Source: the human T2T-CHM13v2.0 reference genome, Homo sapiens
Assembly (NCBI RefSeq): GCF_009914755.1
Contig: NC_060925.1
Strand: one strand, 5' to 3'
Length of the DNA: 64,000 bases
Below, in pieces: positions 14,242 to 30,400 of the stretch (position 1 is the first letter of the stretch; each line of letters opens with the position of its first letter). The translations under genes and the position numbers were made by a program. The notes under the pieces were generated by a model. That model was not told the DNA's origin. It worked only from the letters and a program-made list of their open reading frames with translations, and made no database searches.

Positions 14242-15446
14242 CTGGGAAAGGATCAGGATGTGAAGGACAAATAATTTCATGGTGTCAGAGTCAGAAATAC
14301 AATTCGAGTTCTGAGCCATGACTGCAGGCTGGACCGAGCTCTGCCTGTCCTCCATGCCCCATCTCGGGGACCACTGCCACTGTAGCTGGGGCTTGCTTGT
14401 CCCACCCCACAGGATGCAGGTCGTGATGAGTGTTGGGGAAGGCTTGGAATTGACCAAGCAGACCTCTTGATGTCTCAGCTCCCTGAGGAAAGGAAATGAT
14501 ATGCAACTTCAACAGAGAACGCTCAGCAGCACCCCAGACCATTTTTCACCTGACAGACAATGCTGTCTTATAATTGGTAGGTTTAAAAGCTACATGTTCT
14601 TCAGGCCTGCTCACCCCTGAGTTTTCTGCTGTGCCTGGGTATCCCAGTCCTCAGCAGACTCTGGTTCATTTCACTCAGAAAGCCCTACGTCTGGGATGAG
14701 TTTCCATTTTAGGAAATGTGATCTGAAATGATTATTTTATGTAATTATTATTAAAGAAAAAGCTAGTTAAAGAAGTATAAAGGAAATGTATAGACATGTT
14801 GCCAAATTTTTTTTTTGGAGAAAATGGAATGATGAAGGTTGAACAGATAGTTTCACAGAAGCCAGCCCAGGCTTAGAACCGTATTGCTAAAAGAATTAAT
14901 AATTCACTGATAAGTGAAATGGACTGATATTCAGGGAACCATGTCAGACTCATGATTGATTTTTCGGGTCCCCGTCTGTGTACCTAGGTAATAATCTCTT
15001 CTAGGTAAAATTGTGCACATGCGTAGTCAAAGAGGATGATGTAAATAATCACATTTTTCACTCATTTTGATTAAAAGACTTTTCCTACCCTTACCTTAGG
15101 GAATGTAGGTTGATATGATGTAGGCTTCATTAACTTAAAAAGAAATCAAATACAAATGCATAGCGATTGAATAACACTGGTTTGTCTCAACAATTCAGTA
15201 AGGACATGCACATTTTCTTTTTGCCGTTAAGCACATTGTGCTGATTGTCCTGTTACATAATTTCACTTTGAGAAAAGCAATACTCTTGTAGTTCCCATGG
15301 ATTAGGGACTTTGCTAGCAAGTCCTCCAAGCCATTGAATGAGACTGACAATTGTAGCCAGCAAATGCTTCTGGAAAACCCCTTCAACTGATATTTCCTCA
15401 ACCACCATGTTTTGGAGGTTGAGGAACATCCTCCGGGTCTCCAGAT

Positions 15447-15815
15447 CAGGGGCTCACAACGCCCAGACTGTTGACTGGTACTGGTCCGTGACCTGTTAGG
15501 AACCGGGCTGCACAGCAGGAGGTGAGCAGCGGATGACCAAGTGAGCAGAAGCTGCTCCCCATTGCCCGAATTACCACCTGAACTCCGCCTCCTGTCAGAT
15601 CAGCGGCAGCATCAGATTCTCATAGGAGTGCAAACCCTACTGTGAACTGTGTGCCAGAAATCTACATTGTGCACTCTTTATGAGAATCGAATGGCTGATG
15701 ATCTGAGGTGGAACAGTTTCAACCTGAAACCATCCCCCTTCCCTACCCCCCACCCGTGGAAAAATTGTCTTCCACGAAACCGGTCCCTGGTGCCAAAAAA
15801 GGTTGGGGACCGCTG
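15447..15815 (+). mobile_element. MER1B-like hAT-Charlie element
   Basis: cagggg...aaggttggggaccgctg termini; degenerate 8-bp TSD ctccagat / ttctagat. Confidence 0.88.
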
Positions 15816-16198
15816 TTCTAGATCATGTTCAGGAATATAATGGAGGCAGAGACTGCTGATCATTTGAGTATCCTTCAGTCCTTACACTTGAAAGCATCTG
15901 TATGACTCCAAGGCACGGGAACGTGGTGCCCAGGAGAGTTTCCATCTGCATCCAGGGAAGGCCTGTATAGCCAGTGGAGAGCATCTGCACCCACTGACTG
16001 CCCACCCTGGCCAGGGACTCACTGGTTGCAATTCTTTATGTTTAGGAAAGAGATCCTAATATTTGTTCCAGCTGTCTAAGGAATATACATAGTGAGACTG
16101 TCTTCCACCGCATTTCCATCTATAGAACACTGTTGAACACTGTTTTCCTTAGCTTTGTCTTAACTTCTGTGGTGGGTGGTAAGGACTAGAAACATGTC

Positions 16199-16533
<335 letters not shown>

Positions 16534-17397
16534 TAGATGGTTTTGTGGCTTCCCATCTCGGTCTTCTTTTTGTGGCTCTGAAACTTTTTATGTGCCTACT
16601 TTTTGGGATGCTGAAAGTGTTTATATTTATGGCTAGGTGCAGAGAAACAGAGAATAAGCTGTTATTCAGGAGAGAGGTAGAGGAGGCTTTAAGTTGAAAA
16701 CAAGAGAGGAGGTTGGAGGGTTCTGCATGTGTCAGGGCAGCTTCTGGATTGAGCTATAAGTTGAGGAGACATTGGCCTCTTTCTTCTGTGGTCTGTATCT
16801 GATTCAGTAAAGCAACATTTCCCTTAAGAAAGGACATATGGCTTGGTAATCTGTTTTAAGCCAAAGAGCCTGCCTCCAGAATTGCATGGACCCACTTTCA
16901 TTTCCACTTTAGTTCTCTAAGGTTTAGTTTTCAAGAACCCTAAAGATGCATGTTGCGATACAAACAACAAGAAAGTTCACAAAGAAGGCTTCGGCTCAAA
17001 TGTGTGGGGTTTTGTTGCTACTGTTGTTTTTATCTTATCCATGATTAACAGACTTTTCACAGAAACAGGGGTGATAGGGGATGCGTAGGAACAGTCTCCC
17101 TAGGCAATGGTAATTAAAACAGGAAATAGAATAAAAATTAAACATTCTAATAAAGCTTAAAATTCATTTTCAGAGGGCACTGGGCTCTTTATAAGCTATT
17201 ACCACAGAACAGCTGGAGTCTTTTTTCTGCATTTAAGTTAGTCACCACCTTTGTTGACTCTTATGAGTATTCATTAAAGATAGGGAAACTTCATTAGGCT
17301 TAACTAAATAAATTGACCTTTTCTGGATTTGAACAAGTGGATAATTACCTATGGTAAATTACCTTCATTGTATATATATCTATAAAAAGGTAATATC

Positions 17398-17537
17398 AAC
17401 TCAGGAGGCTGAGGTGGGAGGATCGCTGAGCCCAGGAATTCAAAGCTGCAGTGAGCCATGATAGCACCACTGCACTCCAGCCTGGGTGACAGAGCGAGAC
17501 TGTCTTGTCTCTTTACAGAAACAAACAAACAAAAAAC
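17398..17537 (+). mobile_element. Alu right monomer (AluJ/FRAM-like)
   Basis: ctcaggaggctgaggtgggaggatcgc...cactgcactccagcctgggtgacagagcgagac. Confidence 0.85.
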
Positions 17538-17929
17538 AGGTACTTTCAAACAGACTTTCTGTGGTTTGGGGTCAGGAAGCTTGGGATTTCATGAGCAGCT
17601 TTTAGGGATATATCCAGAAGTGCTTCTGATGCCTATATTATGAAGAGATTTAAATAACAGACAAAGTATGATGACTTTCACCAGCAATATTTGCCCACTT
17701 TTTAAGTAGAATTTAAATTTTAAAAACTTTATAAATGTTTATCTCATTATATGTTCTCTCCATCAGTTGCTTTTTTTTTTTTTTAACAACCTACTATTCT
17801 TTTGTGACTTTCCCAAAAACTCAGGTATGTGATTAGTCTTAATATTGTCAGTTTTAAAAATTCCTTTAAAGTAATTTTACTTGCTGAAGATGGGGCCTGG
17901 GGTGTATTTTACTGTAATAACTTAATTAT

Positions 17930-18443
<514 letters not shown>

Positions 18444-21400
18444 CTGTGTGTTTATGTATACACAGATACCACTGAAGGGATATGCAAGAGACTGATAGCT
18501 TCATTCCTCACTGTGTGTTTATGTATACACAGATACCACTGAAGGGATATGCAAGAGACTGATAGCTTCATTCCTCACTGTGTGTTTATGTATACACAGA
18601 TACCACTGAAGGGATATGCAAGAGACTGATAGCTTCATTCCTCACTGTGTGTTTATGTATACACAGATAACCACTGAAGGGATATGCAAGAGACTGATAG
18701 CTTCATTCCTCACTGTGTGTTTATGTATACACAGATACCACTGAAGGGATATGCAAGAGACTGATAGCTTCATTCCTCACTGTGTGTTTATGTATACACA
18801 GATACCACTGAAGGGATATGCAAGAGACTGATAGCTTCATTCCTCACTGTGTGTTTATGTATACACAGATACCACTGAAGGGATATGCAAGAGACTGATA
18901 GCTTCATTCCTCACTGTGTGTTTATGTATACACAGATAACCACTGAAGGGATATGCAAGAGACTGATAGCTTCATTCCTCACTGTGTCTTTATGTATACA
19001 CAGATACCACTGAAGGGATATGCAAGAGACTGATAGCTTCATTCCTCACTGTGTGTTTATGTATACACAGATACCACTGAAGGGATATGCAAGAGACTGA
19101 TAGCTTCATTCCTCACTGTGTGTTTATGTATACACAGATACCACTGAAGGGATATGCAAGAGACTGATAGCTTCATTCCTCACTGTGTGTTTATGTATAC
19201 ACAGATACCACTGAAGGGATATGCAAGAGACTGATAGCTTCATTCCTCACTGTGTGTTTATGTATACACAGATAACCACTGAAGGGATATGCAAGAGACT
19301 GATAGCTTCATTCCTCACTGTGTGTTTATGTATACACAGATACCACTGAAGGGATATGCAAGAGACTGATAGCTTCATTCCTCACTGTGTGTTTATGTAT
19401 ACACAGATACCACTGAAGGGATATGCAAGAGACTGATAGCTTCATTCCTCACTGTGTGTTTATGTATACACAGATACCACTGAAGGGATATGCAAGAGAC
19501 TGATAGCTTCATTCCTCACTGTGTGTTTATGTATACACAGATACCACTGAAGGGATATGCAAGAGACTGATAGCTTCATTCCTCACTGTGTGTTTATGTA
19601 TACACAGATACCACTGAAGGGATATGCAAGAGACTGATAGCTTCATTCCTCACTGTGTGTTTACGTATACACAGATACCACTGAAGGGATATGCAAGAGA
19701 CTGATAGCTTCATTCCTCACTGTGTGTTTACGTATACACAGATACCACTGAAGGGATATGCAAGAGACTGATAGCTTCATTCCTCACTGTGTGTTTACGT
19801 ATACACAGATACCACTGAAGGGATATGCAAGAGACTGATAGCTTCATTCCTCACTGTGTGTTTACGTATACACAGATACCACTGAAGGGATATGCAAGAG
19901 ACTGATAGCTTCATTCCTCACTGTGTGTTTATGTATACACAGATACCACTGAAGGGATATGCAAGAGACTGATAGCTTCATTCCTCACTGTGTGTTTATG
20001 TATACACAGATAGCACTGAAGGGATATGCAAGAGACTGATAGCTTCATTCCTCACTGTGTGTTTATGTATACACAGATACCACTGAAGGGATATGCAAGA
20101 GACTGATAGCTTCATTCCTCACTGTGTGTTTATGTATACACAGATACCACTGAAGGGATATGCAAGAGACTGATAGCTTCATTCCTCACTGTGTGTTTAT
20201 GTATACACAGATACCACTGAAGGGATATGCAAGAGACTGATAGCTTCATTCCTCACTGTGTGTTTACGTATACACAGATACCACTGAAGGGATATGCAAG
20301 AGACTGATAGCTTCATTCCTCACTGTGTGTTTACGTATACACAGATACCACTGAAGGGATATGCAAGAGACTGATAGCTTCATTCCTCACTGTGTGTTTA
20401 CGTATACACAGATACCACTGAAGGGATATGCAAGAGACTGATAGCTTCATTCCTCACTGTGTGTTTATGTATACACAGATACCACTGAAGGGATATGCAA
20501 GAGACTGATAGCTTCATTCCTCACTGTGTGTTTACGTATACACAGATACCACTGAAGGGATATGCAAGAGACTGATAGCTTCATTCCTCACTGTGTGTTT
20601 ACGTATACACAGATACCACTGAAGGGATATGCAAGAGACTGATAGCTTCATTCCTCACTGTGTGTTTACGTATACACAGATACCACTGAAGGGATATGCA
20701 AGAGACTGATAGCTTCATTCCTCACTGTGTGTTTACGTATACACAGATACCACTGAAGGGATATGCAAGAGACTGATAGCTTCATTCCTCACTGTGTGTT
20801 TATGTATACACAGATACCACTGAAGGGATATGCAAGAGACTGATAGCTTCATTCCTCACTGTGTGTTTATGTATACACAGATACCACTGAAGGGATATGC
20901 AAGAGACTGATAGCTTCATTCCTCACTGTGTGTTTATGTATACACAGATACCACTGAAGGGATATGCAAGAGACTGATAGCTTCATTCCTCACTGTGTGT
21001 TTATGTATACACAGATACCACTGAAGGGATATGCAAGAGACTGATAGCTTCATTCCTCACTGTGTGTTTACGTATACACAGATACCACTGAAGGGATATG
21101 CAAGAGACTGATAGCTTCATTCCTCACTGTGTGTTTACGTATACACAGATACCACTGAAGGGATATGCAAGAGACTGATAGCTTCATTCCTCACTGTGTG
21201 TTTACGTATACACAGATACCACTGAAGGGATATGCAAGAGACTGATAGCTTCATTCCTCACTGTGTGTTTACGTATACACAGATACCACTGAAGGGATAT
21301 GCAAGAGACTGATAGCTTCATTCCTCACTGTGTGTTTACGTATACACAGATACCACTGAAGGGATATGCAAGAGACTGATAGCTTCATTCCTCACTGTGT

Positions 21401-24400
21401 GTTTACGTATACACAGATACCACTGAAGGGATATGCAAGAGACTGATAGCTTCATTCCTCACTGTGTGTTTACGTATACACAGATACCACTGAAGGGATA
21501 TGCAAGAGACTGATAGCTTCATTCCTCACTGTGTGTTTACGTATACACAGATACCACTGAAGGGATATGCAAGAGACTGATAGCTTCATTCCTCACTGTG
21601 TGTTTACGTATACACAGATACCACTGAAGGGATATGCAAGAGACTGATAGCTTCATTCCTCACTGTGTGTTTATGTATACACAGATACCACTGAAGGGAT
21701 ATGCAAGAGACTGATAGCTTCATTCCTCACTGTGTGTTTATGTATACACAGATACCACTGAAGGGATATGCAAGAGACTGATAGCTTCATTCCTCACTGT
21801 GTGTTTATGTATACACAGATACCACTGAAGGGATATGCAAGAGACTGATAGCTTCATTCCTCACTGTGTGTTTATGTATACACAGATACCACTGAAGGGA
21901 TATGCAAGAGACTGATAGCTTCATTCCTCACTGTGTGTTTATGTATACACAGATACCACTGAAGGGATATGCAAGAGACTGATAGCTTCATTCCTCACTG
22001 TGTGTTTATGTATACACAGATACCACTGAAGGGATATGCAAGAGACTGATAGCTTCATTCCTCACTGTGTGTTTACGTATACACAGATACCACTGAAGGG
22101 ATATGCAAGAGACTGATAGCTTCATTCCTCACTGTGTGTTTACGTATACACAGATACCACTGAAGGGATATGCAAGAGACTGATAGCTTCATTCCTCACT
22201 GTGTGTTTACGTATACACAGATACCACTGAAGGGATATGCAAGAGACTGATAGCTTCATTCCTCACCGTGTGTTTATGTATACACAGATACCACTGAAGG
22301 GATATGCAAGAGACTGATAGCTTCATTCCTCACTGTGTGTTTATGTATACACAGATACCACTGAAGGGATATGCAAGAGACTGATAGCTTCATTCCTCAC
22401 TGTGTGTTTATGTATACACAGATACCACTGAAGGGATATGCAAGAGACTGATAGCTTCATTCCTCACTGTGTGTTTATGTATACACAGATACCACTGAAG
22501 GGATATGCAAGAGACTGATAGCTTCATTCCTCACTGTGTGTTTATGTATACACAGATACCACTGAAGGGATATGCAAGAGACTGATAGCTTCATTCCTCA
22601 CTGTGTGTTTATGTATACACAGATACCACTGAAGGGATATGCAAGAGACTGATAGCTTCATTCCTCACTGTGTGTTTATGTATACACAGATACCACTGAA
22701 GGGATATGCAAGAGACTGATAGCTTCATTCCTCACTGTGTGTTTATGTATACACAGATACCACTGAAGGGATATGCAAGAGACTGATAGCTTCATTCCTC
22801 ACTGTGTGTTTATGTATACACAGATACCACTGAAGGGATATGCAAGAGACTGATAGCTTCATTCCTCACTGTGTGTTTACGTATACACAGATACCACTGA
22901 AGGGATATGCAAGAGACTGATAGCTTCATTCCTCACTGTGTGTTTACGTATACACAGATACCACTGAAGGGATATGCAAGAGACTGATAGCTTCATTCCT
23001 CACTGTGTGTTTACGTATACACAGATACCACTGAAGGGATATGCAAGAGACTGATAGCTTCATTCCTCACTGTGTGTTTATGTATACACAGATACCACTG
23101 AAGGGATATGCAAGAGACTGATAGCTTCATTCCTCACTGTGTGTTTACGTATACACAGATACCACTGAAGGGATATGCAAGAGACTGATAGCTTCATTCC
23201 TCACTGTGTGTTTACGTATACACAGATACCACTGAAGGGATATGCAAGAGACTGATAGCTTCATTCCTCACTGTGTGTTTACGTATACACAGATACCACT
23301 GAAGGGATATGCAAGAGACTGATAGCTTCATTCCTCACTGTGTGTTTACGTATACACAGATACCACTGAAGGGATATGCAAGAGACTGATAGCTTCATTC
23401 CTCACTGTGTGTTTATGTATACACAGATACCACTGAAGGGATATGCAAGAGACTGATAGCTTCATTCCTCACTGTGTGTTTATGTATACACAGATACCAC
23501 TGAAGGGATATGCAAGAGACTGATAGCTTCATTCCTCACTGTGTGTTTATGTATACACAGATACCACTGAAGGGATATGCAAGAGACTGATAGCTTCATT
23601 CCTCACTGTGTGTTTATGTATACACAGATACCACTGAAGGGATATGCAAGAGACTGATAGCTTCATTCCTCACTGTGTGTTTACGTATACACAGATACCA
23701 CTGAAGGGATATGCAAGAGACTGATAGCTTCATTCCTCACTGTGTGTTTACGTATACACAGATACCACTGAAGGGATATGCAAGAGACTGATAGCTTCAT
23801 TCCTCACTGTGTGTTTACGTATACACAGATACCACTGAAGGGATATGCAAGAGACTGATAGCTTCATTCCTCACTGTGTGTTTACGTATACACAGATACC
23901 ACTGAAGGGATATGCAAGAGACTGATAGCTTCATTCCTCACTGTGTGTTTACGTATACACAGATACCACTGAAGGGATATGCAAGAGACTGATAGCTTCA
24001 TTCCTCACTGTGTGTTTACGTATACACAGATACCACTGAAGGGATATGCAAGAGACTGATAGCTTCATTCCTCACTGTGTGTTTACGTATACACAGATAC
24101 CACTGAAGGGATATGCAAGAGACTGATAGCTTCATTCCTCACTGTGTGTTTACGTATACACAGATACCACTGAAGGGATATGCAAGAGACTGATAGCTTC
24201 ATTCCTCACTGTGTGTTTACGTATACACAGATACCACTGAAGGGATATGCAAGAGACTGATAGCTTCATTCCTCACTGTGTGTTTATGTATACACAGATA
24301 CCACTGAAGGGATATGCAAGAGACTGATAGCTTCATTCCTCACTGTGTGTTTATGTATACACAGATACCACTGAAGGGATATGCAAGAGACTGATAGCTT

Positions 24401-27400
24401 CATTCCTCACTGTGTGTTTATGTATACACAGATACCACTGAAGGGATATGCAAGAGACTGATAGCTTCATTCCTCACTGTGTGTTTATGTATACACAGAT
24501 ACCACTGAAGGGATATGCAAGAGACTGATAGCTTCATTCCTCACTGTGTGTTTATGTATACACAGATACCACTGAAGGGATATGCAAGAGACTGATAGCT
24601 TCATTCCTCACTGTGTGTTTATGTATACACAGATACCACTGAAGGGATATGCAAGAGACTGATAGCTTCATTCCTCACTGTGTGTTTATGTATACACAGA
24701 TACCACTGAAGGGATATGCAAGAGACTGATAGCTTCATTCCTCACTGTGTGTTTACGTATACACAGATACCACTGAAGGGATATGCAAGAGACTGATAGC
24801 TTCATTCCTCACTGTGTGTTTACGTATACACAGATACCACTGAAGGGATATGCAAGAGACTGATAGCTTCATTCCTCACTGTGTGTTTACGTATACACAG
24901 ATACCACTGAAGGGATATGCAAGAGACTGATAGCTTCATTCCTCACCGTGTGTTTATGTATACACAGATACCACTGAAGGGATATGCAAGAGACTGATAG
25001 CTTCATTCCTCACTGTGTGTTTATGTATACACAGATACCACTGAAGGGATATGCAAGAGACTGATAGCTTCATTCCTCACTGTGTGTTTATGTATACACA
25101 GATACCACTGAAGGGATATGCAAGAGACTGATAGCTTCATTCCTCACTGTGTGTTTATGTATACACAGATACCACTGAAGGGATATGCAAGAGACTGATA
25201 GCTTCATTCCTCACTGTGTGTTTATGTATACACAGATACCACTGAAGGGATATGCAAGAGACTGATAGCTTCATTCCTCACTGTGTGTTTATGTATACAC
25301 AGATACCACTGAAGGGATATGCAAGAGACTGATAGCTTCATTCCTCACTGTGTGTTTATGTATACACAGATACCACTGAAGGGATATGCAAGAGACTGAT
25401 AGCTTCATTCCTCACTGTGTGTTTATGTATACACAGATACCACTGAAGGGATATGCAAGAGACTGATAGCTTCATTCCTCACTGTGTGTTTACGTATACA
25501 CAGATACCACTGAAGGGATATGCAAGAGACTGATAGCTTCATTCCTCACTGTGTGTTTACGTATACACAGATACCACTGAAGGGATATGCAAGAGACTGA
25601 TAGCTTCATTCCTCACTGTGTGTTTACGTATACACAGATACCACTGAAGGGATATGCAAGAGACTGATAGCTTCATTCCTCACTGTGTGTTTATGTATAC
25701 ACAGATACCACTGAAGGGATATGCAAGAGACTGATAGCTTCATTCCTCACTGTGTGTTTACGTATACACAGATACCACTGAAGGGATATGCAAGAGACTG
25801 ATAGCTTCATTCCTCACTGTGTGTTTACGTATACACAGATACCACTGAAGGGATATGCAAGAGACTGATAGCTTCATTCCTCACTGTGTGTTTACGTATA
25901 CACAGATACCACTGAAGGGATATGCAAGAGACTGATAGCTTCATTCCTCACTGTGTGTTTACGTATACACAGATACCACTGAAGGGATATGCAAGAGACT
26001 GATAGCTTCATTCCTCACTGTGTGTTTATGTATACACAGATACCACTGAAGGGATATGCAAGAGACTGATAGCTTCATTCCTCACTGTGTGTTTATGTAT
26101 ACACAGATACCACTGAAGGGATATGCAAGAGACTGATAGCTTCATTCCTCACTGTGTGTTTATGTATACACAGATACCACTGAAGGGATATGCAAGAGAC
26201 TGATAGCTTCATTCCTCACTGTGTGTTTACGTATACACAGATACCACTGAAGGGATATGCAAGAGACTGATAGCTTCATTCCTCACTGTGTGTTTACGTA
26301 TACACAGATACCACTGAAGGGATATGCAAGAGACTGATAGCTTCATTCCTCACTGTGTGTTTACGTATACACAGATACCACTGAAGGGATATGCAAGAGA
26401 CTGATAGCTTCATTCCTCACTGTGTGTTTACGTATACACAGATACCACTGAAGGGATATGCAAGAGACTGATAGCTTCATTCCTCACTGTGTGTTTACGT
26501 ATACACAGATACCACTGAAGGGATATGCAAGAGACTGATAGCTTCATTCCTCACTGTGTGTTTACGTATACACAGATACCACTGAAGGGATATGCAAGAG
26601 ACTGATAGCTTCATTCCTCACTGTGTGTTTACGTATACACAGATACCACTGAAGGGATATGCAAGAGACTGATAGCTTCATTCCTCACTGTGTGTTTACG
26701 TATACACAGATACCACTGAAGGGATATGCAAGAGACTGATAGCTTCATTCCTCACTGTGTGTTTACGTATACACAGATACCACTGAAGGGATATGCAAGA
26801 GACTGATAGCTTCATTCCTCACTGTGTGTTTACGTATACACAGATACCACTGAAGGGATATGCAAGAGACTGATAGCTTCATTCCTCACTGTGTGTTTAT
26901 GTATACACAGATACCACTGAAGGGATATGCAAGAGACTGATAGCTTCATTCCTCACTGTGTGTTTATGTATACACAGATACCACTGAAGGGATATGCAAG
27001 AGACTGATAGCTTCATTCCTCACTGTGTGTTTATGTATACACAGATACCACTGAAGGGATATGCAAGAGACTGATAGCTTCATTCCTCACTGTGTGTTTA
27101 TGTATACACAGATACCACTGAAGGGATATGCAAGAGACTGATAGCTTCATTCCTCACTGTGTGTTTATGTATACACAGATACCACTGAAGGGATATGCAA
27201 GAGACTGATAGCTTCATTCCTCACTGTGTGTTTATGTATACACAGATACCACTGAAGGGATATGCAAGAGACTGATAGCTTCATTCCTCACTGTGTGTTT
27301 ATGTATACACAGATACCACTGAAGGGATATGCAAGAGACTGATAGCTTCATTCCTCACTGTGTGTTTACGTATACACAGATACCACTGAAGGGATATGCA

Positions 27401-30400
27401 AGAGACTGATAGCTTCATTCCTCACTGTGTGTTTACGTATACACAGATACCACTGAAGGGATATGCAAGAGACTGATAGCTTCATTCCTCACTGTGTGTT
27501 TACGTATACACAGATACCACTGAAGGGATATGCAAGAGACTGATAGCTTCATTCCTCACCGTGTGTTTATGTATACACAGATACCACTGAAGGGATATGC
27601 AAGAGACTGATAGCTTCATTCCTCACTGTGTGTTTATGTATACACAGATACCACTGAAGGGATATGCAAGAGACTGATAGCTTCATTCCTCACTGTGTGT
27701 TTATGTATACACAGATACCACTGAAGGGATATGCAAGAGACTGATAGCTTCATTCCTCACTGTGTGTTTATGTATACACAGATACCACTGAAGGGATATG
27801 CAAGAGACTGATAGCTTCATTCCTCACTGTGTGTTTATGTATACACAGATACCACTGAAGGGATATGCAAGAGACTGATAGCTTCATTCCTCACTGTGTG
27901 TTTATGTATACACAGATAGCACTGAAGGGATATGCAAGAGACTGATAGCTTCATTCCTCACTGTGTGTTTATGTATACACAGATACCACTGAAGGGATAT
28001 GCAAGAGACTGATAGCTTCATTCCTCACTGTGTGTTTATGTATACACAGATACCACTGAAGGGATATGCAAGAGACTGATAGCTTCATTCCTCACTGTGT
28101 GTTTATGTATACACAGATACCACTGAAGGGATATGCAAGAGACTGATAGCTTCATTCCTCACTGTGTGTTTATGTATACACAGATACCACTGAAGGGATA
28201 TGCAAGAGACTGATAGCTTCATTCCTCACTGTGTGTTTATGTATACACAGATACCACTGAAGGGATATGCAAGAGACTGATAGCTTCATTCCTCACTGTG
28301 TGTTTATGTATACACAGATACCACTGAAGGGATATGCAAGAGACTGATAGCTTCATTCCTCACTGTGTTTTTATGTATACACAGATAACCACTGAAGGGA
28401 TATGCAAGAGACTGATAGCTTCATTCCTCACTGTGTGTTTATGTATACACAGATACCACTGAAGGGATATGCAAGAGACTGATAGCTTCATTCCTCACTG
28501 TGTGTTTATGTATACACAGATACCACTGAAGGGATATGCAAGAGACTGATAGCTTCATTCCTCACTGTGTGTTTATGTATACACAGATACCACTGAAGGG
28601 ATATGCAAGAGACTGATAGCTTCATTCCTCACTGTGTGTTTATGTATGCACAGATACCACTGAAGGGATATGCAAGAGACTGATAGCTTCATTCCTCACT
28701 GTGTGTTTATGTATACACAGATACCACTGAAGGGATATGCAAGAGACTGATAGCTTCATTCCTCACTGTGTGTTTATGTATACACAGATACCACTGAAGG
28801 GATATGCAAGAGACTGATAGCTTCATTCCTCACTGTGTGTTTATGTATACACAGATAACCACTGAAGGGATATGCAAGAGACTGATAGCTTCATTCCTCA
28901 CTGTGTGTTTATGTATACACAGATACCACTGAAGGGATATGCAAGAGACTGATAGCTTCATTCCTCACTGTGTGTTTATGTATACACAGATAACCACTGA
29001 ACGGATATGCAAGAGACTGATAGCTTCATTCCTCACTGTGTGTTTATGTATACACAGATAACCACTGAAGGGATATGCAAGAGACTGATAGCTTCATTCC
29101 TCACTGTGTGTTTATGTATACACAGATACCACTGAAGGGATATGCAAGAGACTGATAGCTTCATTCCTCACTGTGTGTTTATGTATACACAGATACCACT
29201 GAAGGGATATGCAAGAGACTGATAGCTTCATTCCTCACTGTGTGTTTATGTATACACAGATACCACTGAAGGGATATGCAAGAGACTGATAGCTTCATTC
29301 CTCACTGTGTGTTTATGTATACACAGATAACCACTGAAGGGATATGCAAGAGACTGATAGCTTCATTCCTCACTGTGTGTTTATGTATACACAGATACCA
29401 CTGAAGGGATATGCAAGTGACTGATAGCTTCATTCCTCACTGTGTGTTTATGTATACACAGATACCACTGAAGGGATATGCAAGAGACTGATAGCTTCAT
29501 TCCTCACTGTGTGTTTATGTATACACAGATACCACTGAAGGGATATGCAAGAGACTGATAGCTTCATTCCTCACTGTGTGTTTATGTATGCACAGATACC
29601 ACTGAAGGGATATGCAAGAGACTGATAGCTTCATTCCTCACTGTGTGTTTATGTATACACAGATACCACTGAAGGGATATGCAAGAGACTGATAGCTTCA
29701 TTCCTCACTGTGTGTTTATGTATGCACAGATACCACTGAAGGGATATGCAAGAGACTGATAGCTTCATTCCTCACTGTGTGTTTATGTATACACAGATAC
29801 CACTGAAGGGATATGCAAGAGACTGATAGCTTCATTCCTCACTGTGTGTTTATGTATACACAGATACCACTGAAGGGATATGCAAGAGACTGATAGCTTC
29901 ATTCCTCACTGTGTGTTTATGTATACACAGATAACCACTGAAGGGATATGCAAGAGACTGATAGCTTCATTCCTCACTGTGTGTTTATGTATACACAGAT
30001 ACCACTGAAGGGATATGCAAGAGACTGATAGCTTCATTCCTCACTGTGTGTTTATGTATACACAGATAACCACTGAAGGGATATGCAAGAGACTGATAGC
30101 TTCATTCCTCACTGTGTGTTTATGTATACACAGATAACCACTGAAGGGATATGCAAGAGACTGATAGCTTCATTCCTCACTGTGTGTTTATGTATACACA
30201 GATACCACTGAAGGGATATGCAAGAGACTGATAGCTTCATTCCTCACTGTGTGTTTATGTATACACAGATACCACTGAAGGGATATGCAAGAGACTGATA
30301 GCTTCATTCCTCACTGTGTGTTTATGTATACACAGATAACCACTGAAGGGATATGCAAGAGACTGATAGCTTCATTCCTCACTGTGTGTTTATGTATACA

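Noticed and set aside
13838-14457. ORFs rich in YI/HT/VC dipeptides
   Set aside because: Read-through of the TA/CA microsatellite; the same applies to the ORFs crossing (TA)33 at 52985-53420.
18451-18460. TTAYGTAT in the VNTR unit as a PAR-bZIP D-box
   Set aside because: Mismatch to the TTAYGTAA core; too weak to call.
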